NCBI GenBank assembly: GCA_030704615.1
Contig: CM060732.1
Location: 930,001 to 994,000 of the forward strand
Source: Takakia lepidozioides
Lineage: Eukaryota > Plantae > Bryophyta
Direction: 5' to 3'
Length of the DNA: 64,000 nt
Shown here: one piece after another, positions 24,051-36,526 of the stretch
Layout: each line of letters opens with the position of its first letter
Numbering within the stretch: the stretch's first letter is position 1
Position numbers and translations under genes: made by a program
Notes under the pieces: generated by a model
Told to the model about the DNA's origin: nothing
The model's input: only the letters and a program-made list of their open reading frames with translations
The model's database searches: none

Positions 24051-27000
24051 ATGCCATGCCCATGTGAACGTTGTTTGGGCACTACAAGTAGATCTGAGGA
24101 CGGTGTGCGCACACATCTCCTTCACCACAAAAGACATGAAGCATTTCGGGTGTGGATTGGAGATGGACCTGCAGACGAAGACGATGAGGAGTGGGCACAA
24201 TTGGACAATGCACACCCCCGAGGGAGCCATACAGACAGGCCAGACGAGGACTATGTCATGGGCGCAGGACATGAACCAGGCATGGACGGAGGGGTGGAGA
24301 TTACTCGAATGTTGCAGGAAGCATTCCACATCATGGACGATGCTGAAGAGGGGGACGGCGCTGCGACAACTGGGGATGGTGATGACGCAGGAAATGAAGG
24401 CATTCACGTGGGGGAAGGCGTGGAAGGAGGTGGAGATGGAGAATTGAATTCTGCACACATGACACTAGAAGAAGCATGTGTGCCACTGTACGAGGGATGC
24501 AAATCCACAAAGCTTGCTGCCACCATGCTGTTGATGAACCTGTGCACAACCCACGGTGTCTCAGACCATTTTGTGGACGAGTTGTTCTCTTTGCTTCGGC
24601 TGAACTTGCTTCCACAACCAAATGAAATGCCAAAAAGCTGTCACATGGCCAACCAAATGATTGGGAAGCTCGGCCTCAACTACGTGAAAATACATGCATG
24701 TCCAAAAGGACATGTACTTTTCAGAAGAGAGTACAAGGATGCTATGGAGTGCCCCAAATGCGGTGCAGCCCGATACCATGATGTGGGCAGGTTACAACAG
24801 TGTTGAGGCATTTTCCCCTTATCCCCCGTCTATTACGAATGTACAAATGCAAGACCATTAGTGAGCTCATGACTTGGCATTCCAGGAATGCCTCAAACGA
24901 TGGTTTGGTAAGGCATGTCCCAGATTCCCTTGCATGGAAGCATATAGATGCAACTTGGCCCGATTTTGCCGAGGACCCACGCAATGTGCGATTGGCTGTA
25001 TCTACGGATGGAGTAAACCCATACGGATCAAAGAGTTGCACATGGTCCACATGGCCCGTGCAGTTGGTGGCATACAACCTGCCACCATGGTTGACAACAA
25101 AAATTCTTTGTCATGTTGTCTCTCTTGATTCCAGGCAAGGAGTCCGTGACAAATGCAAACATAGATGTGTATTTGCAACCATTGATTGAAGAGCTACAGG
25201 AACTATGGATTGGAGTTGAAGCTTACGACATTTTGAAACCAGTAGGGCAACGGAGTTTCACCCTCCGTGCCATACTCATGTGGTCAATCCACGATTTCCC
25301 CGCATATGGCCTTTGCGGGTTGCAAGACGAAGGGCTACAAAGGGTGCCCCATTTGTGGGCCCTATGTGGATTCACGGCACTCAAAGCCACTAGGGAAGAC
25401 AATATACATGGGGCATCGACGTTACCTTGCAAGAAACCACCCCTACCGACGAGCAGGAAGGCACTTTCAATGGATGTGTTGAAAAGAGAATGGCACCAAA
25501 TGCTGTGACACCGGAGGAGACATTGCAATTTGCAAAGGAGAAAGAGGCGTTCATGGAGATTGGAGGGAGAGACGGAAGTAGTGCGGATCCAGCCATGGAG
25601 CACGGGGTGAAGCGCCGGACAATCCTTTGGGATTTGCCATACTGGAAGGTGCATGAATCCCCCCCCCCCCCATTCACTCACTTTCTTTTTCACATTGTGC
25701 TTCCTGGAATTACCTTTACTGTCAGGAGTCCTTCCACCAACTCCTAAGTCAGTGTAACTACTATGCAGTAGATGTTGAAGTCGTACACCTCACTGTGGAG
25801 AGGATCGTGGAGTTGTTGAAAGCAGAATGTAGTAACATGGACAACTTCTGCCACATATTCTACTTTTTTTGCCCATAGAACTTGGTCTCATGGGAGGACA
25901 TTTGGCATTTCAGAACCTCTTGCAGCGGTACCTCCTGGACCCCATGCATTGTGAGAAGAACTTCTGTGAGAAACATTCTGAAGACTATCTTTGGGGAGAA
26001 GGATACGATAAACGTACGAAAGGACATGGAGATTGAAGGGATACGGTCACATCTGTGGCTAAGGCCTATCCAAATAGACCAGGCAAAGTGCTCATGCCAG
26101 CAGCATCATACGTCCTGACCAAATCAGAGCAAGAGGATTTTTTGAAGACATTGGGAGGCCATGAAAGTGCCAACCGGATTCTCGGGTGCTTTCCAAAAGC
26201 ATGCCATAAACAAGAAATGGTCGGGATGAAGTCACATGATCTACACGTGATGATGCAACAGATTTTGCCAGTGTGCATTTGGGGTATGATGGCGACAGGT
26301 CCTCGAACAACCATAATGCGTGTAAGTCGAGTGTTTAGGAAGATTTGTGCGAAGGTGTGGGATCCGAGGGAGATTACATCGTTGCATGAGGATATGGCTA
26401 TGACCCTATGTTTGCTGGAGAAAGAATTCCCTCCATCATTCTTTGACGTCATGACGCGCTTGCTAGTGCATCTTGTAGAGGAGTTGCATGTGTGTGGGCC
26501 CGTAGCCAGCCGGTGGATGTACCCCATGGAGAGGTACATGAAGGATCTGAAGGGGTATGTACGCAACATGGCACGGCCAGAGGGGAGTATGGCGGAGGGC
26601 TACATCCGCGACGAAGCCCTGGGCTTCATGACAGAGTATATGTCTTCATTTGATGCAATACAACGACGGGTGTGGGACGAGAACGAGGAAGAAGGAGTTG
26701 TAGGCGAGGTCCTAGAAGTGGTGGAACAAAGCGTGCCATGAGCCCGCGCCTTCGGGATGTGGCACATGATTATGTGCTGAACAACACAACAACCATGACA
26801 CCATGGAGACAGTGGGTGCCAACTTACATCCCTCCTGTGCTATTCTTAATGGTCTTTGTATGCTGGAATTACATATATATTGTCACAAGTCATTCCGGCC
26901 ACTATGGGAGTGGGATCGTGTACTAACAGGGTGCTTCAGACGACTACAGAGGGTGTTTCGTAGATCTTGGTTGTTGCTTGCAAGTGATTATGAAGTAGGC

Positions 27001-27766
27001 TGCATCACTACAGTGTGCTTGAAGGACACACACTCTGCATGTGGCATGCATGTACAGCACGGTGTTGGTCAGGGGGACTGAGTTGCAGCTTCTATTTGGT
27101 TTCTGCCAGAAAGTACGCAGCGGAGAAGGTCCGCCTGAAAACGGAACGGAGTGCATTTGCAAAAGCATGGCGGAGGGGCGGTCGTAGGCGCAGATCCCCG
27201 GTGGAGTACCCCACAACAATGGAGGAGCTGCAGCCTTTTACAGTGTGGGTCAGATCTGCAATTGCAGTGTACGCATCAGAGAACGAGGACCCAGATGAGG
27301 GCATGGTGAGTCTGTCATTCCCCCCAGGGCTGATTGCCACTTCGTACCGGTCAATGAAAGCATATGGCAATCACTATAGAGTGGACGATGCCAACACCAG
27401 CCTCCTGGTGACTTATGACAGCGGAGTGGCATCATTTTTTGAACAAGAGAGTAGGAGCTGTGCACGAGATCAGAATCCAATTTCATGCCATGTGCAATAT
27501 GTAGGAGTGATCAAAGAGATCCTTAAACTAGACTATGGTCTTGTGAAGCCAATTCTATTCCGTTGTTCTTGGGTAAAAGCCAATATGGTAGGAGAGAATG
27601 CCACCATGAAACGGGATGAGTACGGGTTCCTCCTTGCTGATTTCAGAAAAATGCTACCACAAGATGAAGAGCCATTCATCTTCCCATCGCAAGTTAAGCA
27701 AGTTTTCTTTTCAGATGACACCCATGCGCCGGGATGGAAGGTGGTTCTTCACAAGGACCCCCCGGC
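24051..27766 (+). pseudogene. CACTA TnpD-type transposase (Transposase_21, DUF4218- and DUF4216-type regions), spliced and frameshifted, cut by the MULE
   Basis: MPCPCERC, IHACPKGH..CPKCG, FAEDPRNVRLAVSTDGVNPY, DPMHCEKN, CGPVASRWMYPMERYM..PEGSMAEGY, EPFIFPSQVKQVFF..GWKVVL. Confidence 0.93.
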
Positions 27767-28615
27767 GAGGTTTACTATTTCATGAGCAGAAACCATGAGC
27801 CATGAGCCATGAGCCGCATGAGCCGCATGAGCGGTGAGCCGAAGTCTAAGATACGCGGATTTCATGAGCGGACTCCTCCAAATTTGGAAATGCGGCAGAT
27901 TAAACAAGTATTAAAATAATAGTTTTTTATTTGACCTTGCCGTTTTTGGACGTTCCAGATCATGTAATGCGGCGAAGATATGTCGTCAGTAACAAGTCCG
28001 CTCATGGTTTTATAGATCCGCTCATGGAAATAAGTGACCGTGCAACGGGAAATCCAGTATACCACTGCAAAAGGACGTCGCATACTGGCCTGTATAGAGT
28101 ATTCCGCGGTTTTACATGCCTTAACATTGGAATGAAGCTGACCCTTTTGCCGCGATTGAACCAATGGAGTCTGCACAATACAGTCTGCAGTACTTCACAA
28201 TTCTGTCTTCTTCGGGTATTCGGCGGGAAAGGTTTGCAACTGAACTGGGAAATAGGGTGCCGCATTAGGGTTCGCACGTGCGAAATTTCGGAGCGGTTTG
28301 GTGTTGGCGAAGGCCGCCTCTGGGGGTACCTACGACGATACTTGGAAATTCGGCGCCGCATTTCCTTGTCGGAGGTCGAATGAGGAAGCAAGTTTTCGGA
28401 AAGCAGAAAAACATGAACCCTCCAACATACAAAAATACATGCACGTGGAAACAAGTGAACGATATAGTAATATCTTAGTTCGATCAAAACAGGTTACTGG
28501 TAGGCAAGACATATGTCGGACCTTTCTGTGGCCAGAGTCTGAGGTACTGGCAGCAGTACAGTTCTACTATCCGAAAAGGATGGGCGTACCATTGTATGTG
28601 GACCGCAAGCCAAGC

Positions 28616-29690
28616 TCACTGGTCCCCTGGATCCATATTCAGAAGAGTGTGAACCTCCTGGGGGCTCAACCCTGGTGCATGTATGAAGTGATGAGTTGTG
28701 GAATTACAACGGAGTCTCTTTAGGTACACGTAGTACAAATGCTTGCAAGGGCAGTATGATGCCCCCTTGTTCGCCATGATCTGGAAGTCGGTGCAATTGC
28801 AGGTGGGTAATTCTGAAATGGTGATGGTGTACACCTCATTGCGAACAGCTGAGCCCGCCGTGGCCATCTGATACACACGCCCGAATCCTGGTGGGGGCAC
28901 TTCTGTCGAGCTCTGGATTGTACAGTTCATCCGAAGTGCATTCCCCATCCTTGTCTCGTTCACTTTTGAGGGAGGTCGCCGCCTCTTCGGTTTCCCCCAA
29001 CGGTGTGTAGGATGCTTAGAGCTGTCGTGTCCCATTGTTCTTGCTCTCACAGGGGTCGGTGGTGGAGGCTGTGGAAGCGGAAATGGTTGTCTGGGGACGT
29101 CAGTGCGCTGCACCATCCGAAATCCTGCGGCGGTAAGGGCGTCGGCCTCAACCTGACTCAGATCGCAGCCTGGTTCCACCGGCCACACCGGGGGAGCCTC
29201 TGGCATTGTTTGTATGCCGTACTTGGGCTTTCCATACACGCAAGTCATAATGTCGTGTGCCTGCAGAACCAGAACTGGGTGGTTGTCGCCTCCGCAAACT
29301 TTGCATGGACAAATCTTCCTGTAAAAGTAGGAGCAGGGACAGCCCCATCTGGATTCCTCCTTATCATCTCTAAACAACGTTGCCGTGTATCCACACGAAT
29401 TGCGGAACACCTTCCTCGAAACGACGGCTTTGTGCGAGCAATTCTCCACTGTGAGGCAGACACAGTCGTCTCCACAATGGCTTGGCCATACTGCATAACA
29501 GCGGGCGGAATGTGGGGCAAGGGAGCGGTGGGAATTTTTGCACGAAATCCCCGGTTGAAGGCGACGGCGATCTGGAATTTCTTGGGCTTCCACTGCTGGA
29601 AGACACATTGTGCGGCAACATGACGGGACCTCGAGGTGCTGTCCGAATGTTCCTGTCGGATCTCCAGGAATCCTCTTCGCACCCGGGTTC
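28616..29690 (-). pseudogene. C-terminal part of the outer MULE transposase (Cys cluster and SWIM finger)
   Basis: YTITISELPTCNCTDF...YCPCKHLYYV (SWIM); continuous with 44103 once the inner copy is removed. Confidence 0.85.
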
Positions 29691-30525
29691 GTTACTATTT
29701 CATGAGCAGAAACCCCATGAGCCATGAGCCGCATGAGCCGCATGAGCGGTGAGCCGAAGTCTAAGATACGCGGATTTCATGAGCGGACTCCTCCAAATTT
29801 GGAAATGCGGCAGATTAAACAAGTATTAAAATAATAGTTTTTTATTTGACCTTGCCGTTTTTGGACGTTCCAGATCATGTAATGCGGCGAAGATATGTCG
29901 TCAGTAACAAGTCCGCTCATGGTTTTAGATCCGCTCATGGAAATAAGTGACCGTGCAACGGGAAATCCAGTATACCACTGCAAAAGACGTCGCATACTGG
30001 CCTGTATAGAGTATTCCGCGGTTTTACATGCCTTAACATTGGAATGAAGCTGACCCTTTGCCGCGATTGAACCAATGGAGTCTGCACCAATACAGTCTGC
30101 AGTACTTCACAATTCTGTCTTCTTCGGGTATTCGGCGGGAAAGGTTTGCAACTGAACTGGGAAATAGGTGCCGCATTAGGGTTCGCACGTGCGAAATTTC
30201 GGAGCGGTTTGGTGTTGGCGAAGGCCGCCTCTGGGGTACCTACGACGATACTTGGAAATTCGGCGCCGCATTTCCTTGTCGGAGGTCGAATGAGGAAGCA
30301 AGTTTTCGGAAAGCAGAAAAACATGAACCCTCCAACATACAAAAATACATGCACGTGGAAACAAGTGAACGATATAGTAATATCTTAGTTCGATCAAAAC
30401 AGGTTACTGGTAGGCAAGACATATGTCGGACCTTTCTGTGGCCAGAGTCTGAGGTACTGGCAGCAGTACAGTTCTACTATCCGAAAAGGATGGGCGTACC
30501 ATTGTATGTGGACCGCAAGCCAAGC

Positions 30526-33500
30526 TCACTGGTCCCCTGGATCCATATTCAGAAGAGTGTGAACCTCCTGGGGGCTCAACCCTGGTGCATGTATGAAGTG
30601 ATGAGTTGTGGAATTACAACGGAGTCTCTTTAGGTACACGTAGTACAAATGCTTGCAAGGGCAGTATGATGCCCCCTTGTTCGCCATGATCTGGAAGTCG
30701 GTGCAATTGCAGGTGGGTAATTCTGAAATGGTGATGGTGTACACCTCATTGCGAACAGCTGAGCCCGCCGTGGCCATCTGATACACACGCCCGAATCCTG
30801 GTGGGGGCACTTCTGTCGAGCTCTGGATTGTACAGTTCATCCGAAGTGCATTCCCCATCCTTGTCTCGTTCACTTTTGAGGGAGGTCGCCGCCTCTTCGG
30901 TTTCCCCCAACGGTGTGTAGGATGCTTAGAGCTGTCGTGTCCCATTGTTCTTGCTCTCACAGGGGTCGGTGGTGGAGGCTGTGGAAGCGGAAATGGTTGT
31001 CTGGGGACGTCAGTGCGCTGCACCATCCGAAATCCTGCGGCGGTAAGGGCGTCGGCCTCAACCTGACTCAGATCGCAGCCTGGTTCCACCGGCCACACCG
31101 GGGGAGCCTCTGGCATTGTTGTATGCCGTACTTGGGCTTTCCATACACGCAAGTCATAATGTCGTGCCTGCAGAACCAGAACTGGGTGGTTGTCGCCTCC
31201 GCAAACTTTGCATGGACAAATCTTCCTGTAAAGTAGGAGCAGGGACAGCCCCATCTGGATTCCTCCTTATCATCTCTAAACAACGTTGCCGTGTATCCAC
31301 ACGAATTGCGGAACACCTTCCTCGAAACGACGGCTTTGTGCGAGCAATTCTCCACTGTGAGGCAGACACAGTCGTCTCCACAATGGCTTGGCCATACTGC
31401 ATAACAGCGGGCGGAATGTGGGGCAAGGGAGCGGTGGGAATTTGTTGCACGAAATCCCCGGTTGAAGGCGACGGCGATCTGGAATTTCTTGGGCTTCCAC
31501 TGCTGGAAGACACATTGTGCGGCAACATGACGGGACCTCGAGGTGCTGTCCGAATGTTCCTGTCGGATCTCCAGGAATCCTCTTCGCACCCGGTTCCTCT
31601 TCAATCCTCCGCCTGACAGGGCGAGTCCGGACGTCCCCCTCTAGGTGTTCACCTCTGCGGTGCAGAGGCGTCCCTTTGATCTTCTCTCGCAATGCTGTCG
31701 CCCATTTCACTGGATTCTTGGACCTCGAAGCTGTTCGTACCAACAATTCCTCCCTGTCCGGCCCAAAGCCCCATTGTTTGCCGCTCAGGAACTTGTAGTA
31801 CGTGGCTTGCTGCATGATTGCTCTGTCGATGTCCTCCGTTGTGGCCGTCACTACGTCCACCAGATGTGCGGCAGAAGACGCTCGCCAGGAGGAGTGGACC
31901 GATTCTGCCATATTCGTGTTCGGCATGTCCGTGTCGGAATCCAAGCACCGCTCCTAGAAGGACACAAAAGGTGAGGGACCAATCGAAATGTCCGTAACAG
32001 AAAGACAAATGAACGAAAATGACAGCAGCCTACCTCCCGCATGTACTGTCCGAACTGTCGATACCGAAAATGCCACCACCCCAACCAGCTGTGCAATGCT
32101 CCCAGATTGGTTGTCTCCACTGCACCTGACGTGTTCCACCAAGCCTCGATGATAGCAAACTTAACCTCCGCGTCATCAAATGTGGGTGCATCCTTCCACG
32201 CCGTACAAAGGACACGGTGTTCAGCCTGGAATGAGCTAGCAACAAATTTGGTAGTGTAGTGGGATAGACTCTGCATCCAATGGAATCCACAGGATCTCTC
32301 TTTCCCCTCCATTGGAACATTGGGGTCCTCACCGTACACACGCCGCACCGCTGCCCAGTTGGCCTGAGCGTTGTCTGCCATGAATCCCCTGAAATTGGGC
32401 TCTGGCAATCCCGCCCTTGCCATCTGCTTTTGCCCTCCCACAGATGCATCTCGGACTGTGTGTCCTCCCCTTTCATCTCGCAGATTGCAATCGTCATGAG
32501 CCTCTTGGAGTGATAGTCATAAACATGCGCACCCATAGTCACCCACTGATGGTTTGTAATTCGCTTGATGTGATCAAACATCACCCAAGCATTCGACAAG
32601 TTTCCAGTTGTCATGCGAGTGACCAAGTCGACTCCACTCCCAGGCCCACACGTCGACATTTTGAAAATGTAACAACGATCGGATTCGCTGCCTTGCCCTG
32701 GAAACCTGCTACCTTGGATGTAGTCATATCCAGTCATTCGTTTCACCTCCAGGATTGAGTACATGTCCGACCCCCTGCCGAACTCCTGCTTGCAAGATAC
32801 GATGTGATTCCGCACATTCGGACTACAAACGTGCGAGACGACTCCAAGAGGTCACGCATCTCGTCTTCGGTCAAGGGCTCTCGGTCGGAACCATCTTCAG
32901 ACATGATTTTGCCAAGAGCAATCTTGTGGGCTGCCTTCAGCTGAATCTGCTTTGGTCTGGCTCCGGGGCTCAATTTCACCTCCTCTTTTATGATGTCGTG
33001 TGCTTCCTGCACAGCCTCACGCATGTTGCCTCTCGCCAAGGGGTGGCAGTGGACCCCAACGTGTATGCAAGCTCTAGTCAAGTCCGGGAGCAAATGGATT
33101 ACGTAATATTGCTTGGCTCTGCACATGGACATGCACGTCGGTGGTTCTTTGCAATGTGCACACTTGAAAGAACCCGCAGGAGCTTGGCTGGAGACAATGA
33201 ATGGATGATGCGTTGTGCCAGTCCAATCCGTCTCGTTTCTCCCCCCTCCTTTGGAGAGAAAGTGGAAGCAGGTGGGATTGAGGCACCTCAGCTTCCCCGC
33301 ACAGAGGACATATCGTACACGAACACCATCAGCAATTTTCGTGCTACTGGTCTTCGTCACACACCAGGGGTGTCCGTCATGCTTTCGATCCATGTCTGTT
33401 AACATCCCGGAGGCTTTCTTTGACGAAGAAACAGGTGGAAACTCGAAGATGACATTGCCATCGACTTCGGGAGGCAGAAAAGTTACCTTTCTGACTGGGA

Positions 33501-34121
33501 ATTTGGCATAGTCGAGAGCAGCCAGCTCGGAGCGAGAACCATCGAGGTGATGTTGTCGTAGGAGCTGCACAATGGACCGGGTTGGAGTTATGCTCGAGGG
33601 CACATGCGTAGCACCTACAGAGACGTCCATGCCGGATTTGAACGACCGTGTGGAGGACATGGGTACCTCAATGCAATCATCTTCCTCGTCGGAAATGTCG
33701 AATACGTCCACACGAGAAGCTATGGAGGGTCTTGACGGTCCAGGTCGGGAATGATTATCGTTGCATACCTCTCTGTTGGCAGTGGCCGCCTCTCGGTTTC
33801 CGGACTCCTTTGTGGATGGTGTGGGCAGCGACTGATTCGGAAAGGGAATGGGCATTCCCACAGCTCGGTACAGGATGGTGTCTGACGGGGAACGTGCCAT
33901 TCGATTCCGCAACCTCCGTCGTTACCTAGCACGACAATGGTCTCGTCAACCTGTCCAGGAACATCCTTCCTTTCTTCTTCCAAATAAACTGTGCCCGGTT
34001 TGAGCTTGAATTTGGAACAAAGGTAAGTTTCAGTCACTCTGCAAAGTCCTCCCTCGTTTGGGATCCAGGCTCTCCCAAGTTGCGGAGGACAGCAAACTAT
34101 AGCGTAGGAATTCGGAGCCAT
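30526..34121 (-). CDS. MULE-type transposase (GCM-like DBD, DDE core, SWIM), one intron, several 1-bp frameshifts in this assembly
   Basis: WVMFDHIKR (D1), FRGFMADNAQAN (D2), CGFHW (CxxH), PNTNMAESVHSSW (E), C-terminal SWIM; 9-bp TSD family. Confidence 0.85.
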
Positions 34122-34548
34122 CGAACACCGCACGGAGTTGGCAAGTGCGAGGTTCAGTATAGCGACAGACCAAGGCTCACAGGCACCATCTAAGTGGATC
34201 TGCGGAGTCCATCGACGATTGGAAGTCGCACATTGAAGTGGAAAGTATTGTTTCAAGCTACATGCATGAAGGTGGGAGGTTTGATTCCATAGCCAGTGAG
34301 TAGGACAATGATGGCCGATTCGGCGACGAAATAACATCTCCTGACAGTTTCTCCTGAGGGTGGATCCAGCAGTATTCTCGGTGCAGACAGGAACGTTCGC
34401 ACTGACAAGTGCCAGGACTGCTGGTTAAAACGGTCAGACAACCAAGTTGTGCTCATCAAGACTGGCCGCAATTGTGTTGTTTCGGAACAATGCAACCCAT
34501 TGAGGTTCCAGATTTCCCGTCCGAGTGATTCTTCGATTGCTGGTGGAC

Positions 34549-36145
34549 GGAAATACGGCGCCGCATTTCCGTATTGCATCTTGGTCATGCACAGAGCGAC
34601 GGAAATGCGGCACCGAGTTTCCGTCCGGGGGAAACCTTTATACTCTCCAGAACGGAAATGCGGTAACGCATTTCCATCCAGCAAGCACGGTATGTGAAGG
34701 TGGAACGGAAATGCGGTACCGCATTTCCGTTCTGATTGAGAATTATGAACAACGGGAACAAAATGCGGCACCGCATTTCCGTCCGTCGCACTTTTCGACA
34801 TTCCAGAACGGAATGCGGCGCCGCATTTCCATTTTGTATCTGATGCATGGAGCTGAGGGATAGAAATGCTGCAGCACATTTCCGTCCTTAAAAGACATTC
34901 ATACTCTCGAGAACGGAAATGCGGTACCGCATTTTCATTCAACAAGCACGGTATGTGAAGGTGGAACGGAAATGCGGTACCGCATTTCCGTTCTGATTGA
35001 GAATTATGAACAACGGGAACAGAAATGCGGCACCGCATTTCCGTCAAAGTCGCACTTTCGACATTCCATAAAGGAAATGCGGCGCCGCATTTCCATTTTG
35101 TATCTGATGCCTGGAGCCGAGTAAGATTCCGACAGCTTCATACAGCGCAATTCCGACCGGTTGAGACATTCATATTTTTCCGGAAGAAATTGAGTTTGAC
35201 TGAAAATTCGAACTGAAATTATTTCCATCCGAGTCGCACCTACCATCATTCCAGAACGGAAATGCGGCACCGCATTTCCGTTCTGACTGAAAATCGTGAA
35301 CCATCGGAACTGAAATGCGGCAGCGCATTTCCATCCGAGTCGCACCTCCCAACATTCCAGAACGGAATGTATTAGATTTAAAAGGAAATGCGGCACCGCA
35401 TTTCCGTTCTGATGAAATATCCTGAAACATCGGAATTGAAATGCGGTACCGCATTTCCGTCGGAGTCCCACCATCCGACATTCCAAAACGGAAATGCGGC
35501 CGCATTTCCGTTTTGTATGTGAGGCATGGAGCTGTGGAACGAAAATGCGGGAAGGCATTTCCGCCAGCGTCAGACGTTAATACTCTACAGAACGGAAATG
35601 CGGTACCGCATTTCCATTCTGACTGAAAATCGTGCGCAACGGGACAGAAATGCGGCACCGCATTTCCGTTCGAGTCGCACCTTCCGACATTCTCGAACGG
35701 AAATGCGGCGCCGCATTTCCGTTTTGTATATGGCCCTGGAGCTGTGCTACGGAAATGTGTTGCCGCATTTCCATCCATGTGAGACCTTCAACTTTCCACC
35801 GGAAATGCGACACCGCATTTCTGTCCAGGTGAGACCTCTATACTTTCCCGAACGGAAATGTGGCACGGCATTTCCATTCATCAACTAACGTATGTGAAGT
35901 GGGAACGGAAATGCGGCGCCGCATTTCCGAATCTCATACTGGAGCTGTGGGACGGAAATGCGGCACCGTATTTCCGTTCAACAACTAAGGTATGTGAAGG
36001 TGGAACGGAAATGCGGTGCCGCATTTTCTTCCAACAAGTACGGATGTGTAGCTTCGTGATGGTACTTAACGGAAATGCGGCGCCGCATTCGCATTTCGCT
36101 CCAACTCATCAGACGCTGGGACGGAAATGCCTTGAAATGTGAACA
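34549..36145. repeat. Main palindrome array of the inner MULE, ~27-30 copies with a 53-bp period
   Basis: Starts at 34549, 34601, 34654, 34707, 34759, 34809, 34862, 34915, 34968, 35021, 35073 ... 35854, 35907, 35954, 36007, 36071, 36123. Confidence 0.95.
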
Positions 36146-36526
36146 CGTGGAGCAACGGAATTGCTGCACATGTCGGCACTCTATCTGACTGAAGGGGCAT
36201 GAGGCGGCGCGGCCTGACCGTTGGATAATGATGTTTGTTTTCGGACGGCAGGCGTACCCTCAACGATTCGAATTTCGTAATGACGCAAACTCCACGAGGA
36301 GACACTTTCGTCCAACCCTTTCGAACCCAAGTGGTGCATCACCGCCGTTTCATCTACTTTTGTCGTGTCTCCTCAGTCACCCCTCTCGCGCCCTTTCCAT
36401 CTGCACTCTTTGCCCCTTTTCCCTCTCTCTGTTCTTCTTATGCTCGAACCTGAGAGGGGGGGAGTTCGTGCACCAGACAGGAGACCTCGTCGCAAGCTCC
36501 GGAAATTATACTTCGGACGTAGGCCA

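Noticed and set aside
34549-36145. CRISPR array (22-bp palindromic repeat with ~31-bp spacers)
   Set aside because: No cas-like ORF, eukaryotic intron-containing context, spacer types recur within the array, repeats are degenerate, and single copies are dispersed in introns.
34253-36305. ORFs with repeated MRRRIS / KCGAAF / NAAPHF peptides (also 4797-6066, 41816-42519, 46767-48898, 54412-55060)
   Set aside because: These are translations of the DNA palindrome in all six frames and are not conserved in frame between copies.
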